Below are positions 37,101-46,728 of a stretch of DNA of 64,000 nt, in pieces. The notes beneath the pieces were generated by a model, which was not told the origin of the DNA, made no database searches, and saw only the letters and a program-made list of their open reading frames with translations. The stretch is taken from assembly GCA_024704765.1 (NCBI GenBank), contig JAKMXF010000324.1, positions 248,001 through 312,000 of the forward strand. Direction: 5' to 3'. Both the position numbers and the translations under genes were made by a program. Position 1 is the stretch's first letter; the number at the start of each line of letters is the position of its first letter. The stretch comes from Oopsacas minuta. Its lineage: Eukaryota; Animalia; Porifera.

Positions 37101-38138
37101 ATGAGGTTTACACTGAAAGACATTTGTAAGTATTTCAATGTACCTCACGCAACTTTCGCATTGAGTTTCCTCGCCTTTTCCTTCTTACTTGCTCTTTACT
37201 TAGACGGAATTCTTCAAATAAGTATTTGGGTAGTATTCATACCCTTATGGATTTGGGATATAGCTACTCTGCTGGGTATAATCTTCACTCTAACATTATG
37301 GCATACCAAGTACCATTCTCGTTGTCAGGATGATACAGCTAAGCATTACTTTCATAGCATCCTCCCTAGCATGTTCACAATGTTGCTGCTGATATCTTTT
37401 GAGCTGTTAGTTTGTATAAATCTCAGTCTATCTCTTCCAATATACTTCGTAGTCACGTGTATGCCTTTATTCATCATCTCCATCTTTTCAATATTCTCCA
37501 TTTTATGTACTCTAGGCACCAAACGTGTTTTTGTAGTTTATTATGACATTCATTTGGTGTTGTCATGGTTACAAGTTCTTTTTCTTGGTTTAAGAGTTGA
37601 TACGATTGTAACATGGCACTGGGCGAATACCTTTATACCATCTTGGTTGCTACTTGTAGTCGATATATTCCTTTATATAACTCTAGTGTTAATTATCTAT
37701 AAGATAAGAATTGGTCGGATCGGAGAGCACAGAGCTAAAACACGAATAAAAGTCCAATTTTGGTCATTCACAATTCTATTTCCATTTTTCCATATCTTAA
37801 CAACCGCGTTCTTGATACTATTAGTTATCAAACTTGAGACAGCTGATAATTTGTATTTCTCCATCCTATTTATTCCTCTTTACTTAATTCTACTGCTACT
37901 GATCCTATGTTCCGCAGTTGTTAATAGGAGTAACCCGTTATGGTTTGGATTACGGACATCGTTTTTTGAAGGTTTGATTAAATTCTGTCCGATCTTCCAA
38001 GACCTTGTGAACATCTCATATTCCACTTCAGCTCCAAACGAGGATAGAGAATCGCTACATGTACCAAATAATGGACATAATCAAGATACACATGATCCAG
38101 CTATTGTGCCATATAAGGACATTCTTTCACCAGATTAG
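37101..38138 (+). CDS. TMEM185: TMEM185-like multipass membrane protein, intronless (likely ATG at 37101)
   Basis: LALYLDGILQISIWVVFIPLWIW, a repeated second module LRVDTIVTWHWANTFIPSW, and a C-terminal ...DILSPD. Confidence 0.8.
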   Translation: MRFTLKDICKYFNVPHATFALSFLAFSFLLALYLDGILQISIWVVFIPLWIWDIATLLGIIFTLTLWHTKYHSRCQDDTAKHYFHSILPSMFTMLLLISFELLVCINLSLSLPIYFVVTCMPLFIISIFSIFSILCTLGTKRVFVVYYDIHLVLSWLQVLFLGLRVDTIVTWHWANTFIPSWLLLVVDIFLYITLVLIIYKIRIGRIGEHRAKTRIKVQFWSFTILFPFFHILTTAFLILLVIKLETADNLYFSILFIPLYLILLLLILCSAVVNRSNPLWFGLRTSFFEGLIKFCPIFQDLVNISYSTSAPNEDRESLHVPNNGHNQDTHDPAIVPYKDILSPD

Positions 38139-38183
38139 TTGAGACTGTTGAGTGAATATTTTGAGATTGTTTAAATAGCAAAG

Positions 38184-38231
38184 TTGTTTGTATGTTTGTT
38201 TGTTTGTTTGTTTGTTTGTTTGTTTGTTTGT
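38184..38231. repeat. (TTTG)n microsatellite; related (CAAA)n at ~11820-11848 and degenerate TTTG at ~33020-33075
   Basis: Read directly from the sequence. Confidence 0.9.
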
Positions 38232-38511
38232 GGGATATAAACATTTGCAATTAAGTTTTTAAGATTTAATAATATTTGTTAATTTTATCAAATTCCTATA
38301 GATTTTCCATAGAAAAATCTAGAATTACAAACTGCACAGAAGTGATTTTAGATTTTTGTTAGAAATATCTCTTTTGTGTAAATTTGATATTCCTTACAGG
38401 TAAGATGGTTATTATATATTAGGCACTATTTGTATGTTTATAGATTTACTCAAACTACAACTTAATATTTGTAGATATTATTCAGAATTATCAAATTCAA
38501 CAGACAAAGAA

Positions 38512-39780
38512 ATGGCTAGCGTAGAAGTGAAAATAAACTTTATCGAACAAGTAAAAGAGAGTAGAAAGAAGATTAGAGACTGCTTCAAGAGGTCACAAGA
38601 AGCTCTACAATTCAGAGAGAGTATCCTCCTCTCTCGTATCGATGAAATCGAGAAAGACTATAATAGCAAAAATCAGGAAATGCAGGAGTTATTGGAAGCT
38701 TTGAATAAATCAAAATCGTTTATTACAGACACTCTGACTTCTAATAAACTTAAAACCACTCATCGAGGAATAGAATCACTAATAAATAAACAGATCGAGG
38801 AACTAACAGTCGACACAGACAGTAGTATTGCATTTGAATGGAACAATCAATTCGAGACTAACATAGAACAGCTAGGGAGTATTCAGCTTAACGGTCAGAC
38901 TAACATATCTCCCAACCACACCTTCCCTGTTCAAGGAAAGCCTGTTGTACCTGACTACAAGGCTAAACAGCTGCCTACTGCTTACTGCTGTAAGAATTCA
39001 GACAAGAAAGCTCCAGGAGAACTGAACTGTCCCAGGGGTATAGCAATACATTACCAAACTGGAAATATTTACATAGCGGATTGTAACAACCATCGTGTAC
39101 AAGTATTTACCAGTAACGGAGACTATCTCTTCATGTTCAGTGAGAAGATGAACAAGCCAATAGGTATCTGTATATTTCAAAATAAAGTGTTTGTTACACA
39201 ATATCTTGGTCATTGCATTAATAAGTACGAGCTAGAAGGGAAACTAATCAAGAGTGTTGGTAGTAGAGGGAATGGAGAAGCTCAGTTCAACGATATATAC
39301 GGTCTAGATGTCTCCGATAGAAATAGCAATGTGTACGTATGTGATTGTAATAATAAAAGAGTTCAAATCTTAACTCAAGAACTCAAGTTCCATTCCATGC
39401 TAGGAATAGACTTGTTTAACCATCCACGTGATGTTAAGGTTACAAGAGACAGAGTATTGGTGCTAGATGACAGTGATCCGTGTATGTTTGTGTTCAATTC
39501 AGATCACGTTCTAACCAACAGACTGATAACTAGAGGTGATGGCAAACAAACTAAAAGTGCATACTGTTTCGACATAGACAGAGACTATAACATCATTTTG
39601 AGTGACTTCGCTAATCACTGTGTGTACATATTCAATCAGGAGGGAGAACAGATACACAAGTTTGGGAAGAAAGGTCAGGGTATCGGGGAGTTCATTAATC
39701 CATATGGAATAGCACTAGACAACACAGGACATATTATAGTTATGTGTCAGAAGAATACTAATTGTCTACAATCCTTCTAA
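38512..39780 (+). CDS. Coiled coil - NHL repeat protein, paralog 1 (likely ATG at 38512)
   Basis: N-terminal coiled coil followed by six NHL blades (PRGIAI...IYIADCNNHRVQVF etc.); no RING or B-box. Confidence 0.9.
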   Translation: MASVEVKINFIEQVKESRKKIRDCFKRSQEALQFRESILLSRIDEIEKDYNSKNQEMQELLEALNKSKSFITDTLTSNKLKTTHRGIESLINKQIEELTVDTDSSIAFEWNNQFETNIEQLGSIQLNGQTNISPNHTFPVQGKPVVPDYKAKQLPTAYCCKNSDKKAPGELNCPRGIAIHYQTGNIYIADCNNHRVQVFTSNGDYLFMFSEKMNKPIGICIFQNKVFVTQYLGHCINKYELEGKLIKSVGSRGNGEAQFNDIYGLDVSDRNSNVYVCDCNNKRVQILTQELKFHSMLGIDLFNHPRDVKVTRDRVLVLDDSDPCMFVFNSDHVLTNRLITRGDGKQTKSAYCFDIDRDYNIILSDFANHCVYIFNQEGEQIHKFGKKGQGIGEFINPYGIALDNTGHIIVMCQKNTNCLQSF

Positions 39781-39980
39781 CTGACTGAAGAATTCTTTAT
39801 AATTTGTACTAATTATTGAAATAGTTTATTGTTTACCATTTTGTTTACTTTATTGATAATGATTATTTCCAGTTTTGTAGAGTTTATCTTATCTAAAGTG
39901 AAAGTTAATTGTGTTAAGGAAAAATGACATAAAAATAGGTTAAGACTTGATAATTATATTTTATTCATTTATAATAAAGC

Positions 39981-40964
39981 ATGGCTACTCAAGTAGAGAC
40001 ACTACATAAAGAACAATTATCATCAGAAGAGAACAAACAAACTGACACCACAGCTGGAGAACAGCTGACTTCTAATCCAACTCATCCACTACAGAATGAA
40101 TGGACTCTATGGTTCTTCCAGCAAGACTCTACCAAAGACTGGGGAGATTGTTTTCAAGAAATTATTTCATTTAATACTATTGAAGGTTTTTGGTCTTGTT
40201 TCAGGTAATATTACGTTCTTTTACTTTTATGCTTAACACTCCTGCCCTATACCAATTTCAAACATCCTGTAGACCCCCTGCTGTCGTTCGTGAACTACCA
40301 AGGGATCCATGGACCCCAGGTTACGAACCGCTAGCTTAGAAATAAGAACGAGTTCATAGATACATTATGTTCCACACACGCACATTTCAAATTTCAGTTT
40401 TTAGATGTAAACTGGGGCAATACATTAATAGTTTTGAGTTATATCTCATTTTCTAATATTTGTAGATTCACGTTAGAGAATTTTGTTGAAACTATTTCTT
40501 TTAAGGTACATAAAGCCTCCAGACCGTCTCCTAACAACTGCAACTATTCCGTATTCAAGAAAGGAATTCGTCCCATGTGGGAAGATCCAGCAAACATGCA
40601 AGGAGGCCGTTGGCTGATACAGATAACTCGGGTTAAGGAAGGTATCGGAAAAGCTTCCACTGCTCATTGGTTTGAGACTCTAATGCTATTGATTGGAGAG
40701 GCATTTATCGACGAACAATCTCCCAAAGATGAGCAGCCACTTTCAAATGATATCTGCGGAGCTGTCATAGAAATTAAACAGAAGAACGACCGTCTTGCCC
40801 TATGGAGCAGAGATTTGAATAAAGCTAGACAAGACCGTATTGGTAAAATCTTAAAGAATACTTTACAAAAACACGCGGGACTCTCCAATTTCGTTTTGTT
40901 CCAATTCTTCTCCCACGCTGACTCTTCTAAAGAAGGCAAATCTAAAGTCATATGTCAAGTTTAG
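39981..40964 (+). CDS. EIF4E: Translation initiation factor 4E (class I-like); exons 39981-40204 and 40466-40964
   Basis: HPLQNEWTLWF, KDW, EGFW, IRPMWEDPANMQGGRW, HWFETLMLLIGE, ICGAV and LALWSR are present. Intron 40205-40465 is phase-consistent. Confidence 0.92.
40268..40333. mobile_element. hAT-like MITE remnants (GGGGTCCACGG/GGACCCC family); relatives at ~790-895, 3085-3175, 26515-26552, 26770-26850, 56270-56340
   Basis: Recurring GC-rich GGACCCC/GGGGTCC motifs with TTTGGGAAC-type ends in otherwise AT-rich DNA. Confidence 0.5.
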
Positions 40965-41130
40965 TTCCTTAATTCACTCATTTCAAACATTATTAGTTCT
41001 CGATAATTCATACAGCAGATTCTTAGTTCGTACTTAGTGCATGTACTGCCATATAAACATGTATAGAGTATTTATCAGTATTCCTATACACAAATTTATT
41101 CTCATAGCTCATATGTATTGAGTATTTATC

Positions 41131-41238
41131 AGGTGTTTGGCGGGCATTATCCCATAAGTTTTTCCAGAGTTGGGGGGATTGAGACCTACATCAGGGGGCG
41201 CGAATATTTCCCCTCAGCGTTTCCCTAGCAAACACCTT
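41131..41238. mobile_element. Small GC-rich element with AGGTGTTTG / CAAACACCT inverted ends upstream of AGO
   Basis: Short TIR pair around ~100 bp of GC-richer sequence. Confidence 0.4.
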
Positions 41239-41407
41239 GGCCAAGGATACTGAATAAGAGTTCATAGGCCAATCCCTTGTGATATAAATATATGTTACTT
41301 TGACGTGTTGGGACCATATTTTACTATTTTGATATAAGTGTGTTCTATATGACGGGAGTTAACTGTTACTTATCTCCATACACTAGACAGTTATATAATT
41401 CTGGATA

Positions 41408-44256
41408 ATGAGCTCATCAAAAGGTGTTACAAAATCAAAAGCACAAAGTGCTAAAGAGAGCAGAGCTACAAAACAGCAAGAAACAGGTGCTTGTAAGAAT
41501 CCTTCTCAGCACGATAAACCCTCTACTAAATCGCCTTCTAAAACAACTGAATATTGTTCGAAGAAATATCCTACAACTTCTCCTAGTGTAAAACACAAAC
41601 CTCAAGGAGGTCCGTATAAAGATATAAAATCTGAACACGGGTATGTCCCTCCCAACAGACCAAGTTATGCTACTCTAGGTAGTTCTCTTACAGTGATTAT
41701 AAATTTCTTCCCAATTAAAATACCAAACATAACTATACACCAGTATGACGTCACAATATTCGATTCATCCACTGGTGGTGAAAATGACGAAAAAACCGAG
41801 GAACAAACAGCTGAGTACAGACGTACTGTTAGCAACAAATACGTGTGTAGAAATGTAATAAATGTGTTATCTAATACGCAATTAAAGAGCGAATACCCAG
41901 CTTATGATGGTCGATCTATTCTCTATCTAAAAGATCGTATAGATGTACGCAGATACACTGTAGAATGGAAAGATGAGGAAGATGGTAAGAGAGTTAGACA
42001 GCATGAAGTTGTGCTAAAACACACTGCACACATTGATCTATCTGTTATAACAGGATTAACTCAACGGGAACATCAGTTTGATTCAATGACTAATCATGAT
42101 GAATTCCTAAGTCGCCATCAGGTTGCTACGAATGCGGTAGATACTATCTTCAAACAATTCGCAGCTGCCAGATATACCCCATCGGGTAGAGGTTTTTACT
42201 GGTATTGTAAGGGTCGAGACTTTGATTTGGGTTCAGAACTTGAACTTTGGAAAGGATTTACACAATCTGCGAGGCCTGGTCAGAAACAGGCGTATTTGAA
42301 TATTAACATGTCATATCGTCCATGTATTAAACCGTGGTATCTACTTGACTACCTCTGGGAAGTTTTATATTATCTCAAAGATTTCGAAGAATTATGTAAT
42401 GAAGCTATACTGGAAGATGCTGCTAAGGAAATATTCTATCTAGAATTGTATACTGACCATCTAGGGCATAAACGTAAGTATAAGGTAAAACGAGATAAGG
42501 TTTTCCTTCAACCTGCAAATAAAGAGACATTCCTATGCGATGGAAAGGTAGTTACGGTGCAAAAATATTTCAAAAATCATTATAAAAAGGAGCTAAAATA
42601 CCCCGATCTTCCCTGTATCGATGTCGGAAGAGGCGATAAGGTAATCGCGTTACCAATGGAGATCTGTTATATAAAAGAAGGTCAAAGGTCAAATAATGAA
42701 ATGACCTCTAAACAGAAGCGTAAAATGGTTGAAACGACTTCTGTGCCTCCTATTAACAGACAAGATGATATCAAATCTATAGCAATTGAAATGTTACCTC
42801 CTGATGATCCGTTACGAAATTACTACAAAATCGAAACCAGTAACGCTATGGTCAAGGCGGAGTGTCGCCAGTTACCACCTCCAGTGATAAACTATAACAA
42901 AAATACTTCTCTCAAACCAAACTATGGAAAGTGGCAATTAGGCGGTTATAAATTGGTTGAACCTATTCCAGTATATTTATGGGCTATCCTACACTTCAGT
43001 AATTTCAGTAAAGAAGATGGGTACGTCCGTTATAATGCATTTATTAATCAAATGCAGAGGCAAGCTGGCGATAAAGGCATTCATATGGAAAGGCCAGTAA
43101 ATGAGAAAATATTAACAGAAGTAATTTAAGGAAAGGTTTAGATGAAATTAATACATTGATACGGGATACTTGTGATAAACACGGGAGAGAGCTACAGCTA
43201 ATACTATGTATCATAGACCGTGAGCTAAAAGGCAAATCATTTAACAGTGGTGATATCTACAATAATATTAAGCTAATAGGAGATTCTAAGCTTAACATAG
43301 TTACTCAATGTATTGACCAGAAAAATGCTATAGCAATGAATGGCTCAACTTTAGGCGGAATATGTTTGAAAATTAACGCTAAACTTGGTGGGATAAATCA
43401 CTACGCGACGGTACACACCACTGACCCTCTTCTAATTGATACAATGATCTTGGGAGCTGATGTCAATCATCCCAAGCCAGGGCCTACGATGTATGATTCC
43501 CCTTCAATTGCAGTCGCATGTGTTGCATTAGACAGAGAAATATCACGGTATTACAGTACTTGTCGCTTTCAGAAGAATATATACAATGCAAAACAAAGAC
43601 AGGAGATTATAGTCGAATTTGAGAGTATGTGTGATGAACTATTAAATGAATACGAAAAGTTTAATAACGAATTGCCTAAGAAAATTCTATTTTACAGAGA
43701 CGGAGTGTCAGAAAGTCAATTTCAATTCTGTCTTAACCATGAATTACCAGCAATAAAGCGTGCTTGTATGAAATTTGCCAAAGATTTCAACCCTAAAATT
43801 ACGCTAGTTTGTGTACAGAAGCGACACCATATGAGAATGTTTGAAATACAAAAGGAGAATACTATCAAAAATGTAAATCCCGGTACATATCTTGATCACA
43901 CTATAACACATCCATACGAGTATGATTTCTATCTGTGTAGCCACGCGGCCATGAAAGGTACTGCAAGAGCTGCGCACTATCATGTTCTCCATGATGAGAT
44001 TAAATACACCCCTAATCAGCTGTTTACCATAACTAATCAGCTGTGTTATTGCTACTCAAGATGCACTAAGTCAGTTTCAATTCCTCCTCCAGTATATTAT
44101 GCAGATCTAATAGCTTACAGATATATGAATTGTTTTGACGCTTATAGAGGTAAAAGGAACATTGTACAGAATCAAGATCCTGATAAAATAGACTGGGATC
44201 TTTATCGTAAGAAAGTTAATATTGAAATGCTGCCCGGAAAGATGTTCTGGGCATAA
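41408..44256 (+). CDS. AGO: Argonaute (AGO clade), intronless CDS with one -1 frameshift at A-run 43106-43109
   Basis: N domain (RPSYATLG...NFF...HQYDV), L1 (LELWKGFTQSARP), PAZ (LKYPDLPCI...LPMEIC), MID (YNNIKLIGD...TQC, KINAKLGG) and PIWI (LGADVNHP, RQEII, FYRDGVSE, QKRHH, DFYLCSH, RCTKSVSIPPPVYYAD). Confidence 0.95.
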
Positions 44257-44635
44257 CAACCAGTATGTAGGTTAGTTATTTACTCTCAGTAGTTTATAGA
44301 TATTAGTAGGATTTACAGTTAGGAAGTGCTCGTTCCTTATAAAGGTAGTTATAAGCTAGGTTAGAGGATGTATATTTCCCAACTTGTACTTTCAATAATT
44401 ATTTATTGTAGGTTTCTTGTGTGTGTTTAGATATGATATATTATTGTGTGATATCATATTGTTATGGGTACGGGGTGATAGAATTGTGTTAAGGGATTAA
44501 AGAACTATTATTTATATTGCTTTTTAGAGGAATTTGAAGTATTAGAGTCTGTTAATTCAGTGTATTTTACTGATACAGAGATTCTATCAGTTCCATAGCC
44601 ATTGAAATTTACAAGCACAATTCTCATCTACTAAC

Positions 44636-44772
44636 TACAGTCAACTCCCATTAGACCGAAGCTTAAAGGGATAATTACTTCGATATGACCCATGAATATA
44701 TGTTGCTTTGACGGTTTGGGAGTACATTTGTCGATATACGCGGGTATTTCGGTATAACAGGAGTTGACTGTA
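44636..44772. mobile_element. MITE family A copy upstream of the UEV gene
   Basis: TACAGTCAACTCC ... GGAGTTGACTGTA, perfect 13-bp ends including TA. Confidence 0.8.
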
Positions 44773-44840
44773 AAATAATTCGAATAATGTAAGTCATCTA
44801 AACGTCTTTTGTGTAATACTAGTTATATAGAAAATTAGAA

Positions 44841-45881
44841 ATGAGTGGATCTGGAAAAGAAAGTAATGACGCGATATCATCTTGCCGTAAGAAACTAATC
44901 GATCTACACTATACTAACCCAGAATCAGTTTTAGAACAAGCAATTCAACTCATGGGGTGGTATAAAACGTTAGAACTGAAATCAGCTGTTGTAAAGAGAA
45001 ACGGCAACAGTGATGAACTTATAAAATTATACGGAGAAATTCCAATCTCCCAAAATGGTAGTCATTTGAATATACACGGATTCATAACGATTTGGATTGA
45101 GAAAAACTTTCCTATCTCAGCGCCGATAATAAAACTTAATCAAACGAATTTTCCTGATATTTTCTTTGAACCTTTCCTCAACAGGAAGCAATGTATTGTA
45201 ATATACTCGCCATACTTTGAATGGAACCAGTCAAAGTCAACGCTTATAGATTTGATCCAATTAGTCTGTGTGAATTTAAGACAAGTTTGTATGGGTTGGG
45301 TATTGTCCGCTAGGGACCAAGAAGATCCCAACTGGTCCATACCCCCTCGACTCTCAATGCCAGGAGGTTTCCAACCGTTTCCCCCTATGACTAATCAAAA
45401 TAACAATCCATTAGAGACATCGCCAATTGGTGCAAGACACCCTTACATGAATCCTGGTCCAATGGGTGCTAATATGGTACCACAAAATCGTCCCCCTATG
45501 CTCCCTAATCCTCCTCTCCCAATGAGATACCCTAATCATTTTCAACAGCCTATGTTCCCAATACTCCGACAGACATCTGGAGATTTCATTAATTATACTG
45601 GTGTTGGTCCAAATCAATTTCCAAGGCAATTTCCTAATAATTATAATCAACCTTATCCCCAACCGCTGCAACCGCCGCCGCATCCATCCTACTCTCCTCA
45701 AAAAATCGCCCCAGTAGCTCCCCCAGTCCAACAGCCAGTTGAAGAACCTCTGAACGGTCTCTCCTCTCCGAATTCTCCTAGCAAAGACCCTGTAATTTCC
45801 TCTCCGCCCCTTCCCGTCATATCTTCACCCCCCGCGGTCCCAGCTTTCGCCAGAAAAGTGCCCGCAACTAAAACCACCTAA
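44841..45881 (+). CDS. TSG101/Vps23-like UEV domain plus proline-rich tail; no coiled coil or steadiness box seen
   Basis: ELIKLYGEIPI...ITIWIEKNFPISAPII...YFEWNQSKSTLIDLIQLV resembles the TSG101 UEV domain; the remainder is Pro/Gln/Asn-rich up to the stop. Confidence 0.7.
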   Translation: MSGSGKESNDAISSCRKKLIDLHYTNPESVLEQAIQLMGWYKTLELKSAVVKRNGNSDELIKLYGEIPISQNGSHLNIHGFITIWIEKNFPISAPIIKLNQTNFPDIFFEPFLNRKQCIVIYSPYFEWNQSKSTLIDLIQLVCVNLRQVCMGWVLSARDQEDPNWSIPPRLSMPGGFQPFPPMTNQNNNPLETSPIGARHPYMNPGPMGANMVPQNRPPMLPNPPLPMRYPNHFQQPMFPILRQTSGDFINYTGVGPNQFPRQFPNNYNQPYPQPLQPPPHPSYSPQKIAPVAPPVQQPVEEPLNGLSSPNSPSKDPVISSPPLPVISSPPAVPAFARKVPATKTT

Positions 45882-46728
45882 ATACCATGACAATGTCTTT
45901 AATGAACAATGTATTGAATGATAATAACGTTCATCAATCACTGCAAGAGTTTCATCCAATTTATGTGTGTACTTACTTAATTCATTTATATGTTGTGTTA
46001 GATTTCTATACATGTTTATACAGATATGATCCAGTTTGAATGGGAGCTTAATTTATCTTATAATCACTCTCAGAGTATATTTTATTATTATAATATTGTT
46101 TACTGTCTTAGGTGAACAGATAAACTTTATGTTCGCAACGGGGACGAAGAGTGAAGCTATACAAAACTCCTGACTCACAAAACTTATAACTCGGATGAGA
46201 CGTAATTCGGTTAATGTGTACTATTTTGTTTCCCAAGGGAGTACGTCTTATCTGAGTTTACTGTATTATTTATCCTGAAGGTTTTTGTCATATTTGCATA
46301 TTCCCGCAATTTTCATGACTTTTCCGATCTATTTTTACAGTTTTCTAACAAATGTACGAATATTGAAAATTCGGCAGAAATATGTAAATTTTTGGGACAA
46401 GTTAAGTCTATTTGAATAGATTTTACTGAGCAAAATTACTACAGTGATTCATAACGAAATGAACACTACCGCAGGGGGGGTAGATATCGTAATAGCCATA
46501 CAAACTAGCTAAATTCAACCGATCTTTGCGACTATGCCATGGTCTGTAATGGTTTAGTAACACTGAGTAATCATATCGTCATAACTTACTTACACATTAG
46601 CTCTAAAAGAATATTGAAAGTAATTATTAGTAATATTATTAGGCCAAACCTGAATTACTTTAAATAGGGTAACTTAAGACAAAATAGTAATTAAAGTTTG
46701 AAAATACTCACAAACGTAAATTCATCGA

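Noticed and set aside
43021-43130. 110-nt GT-AG intron that would restore the AGO frame
   Set aside because: It would delete YNAFINQMQRQAGDKGIHMERP, a conserved MID-domain helix-strand. A 1-nt indel is more parsimonious.
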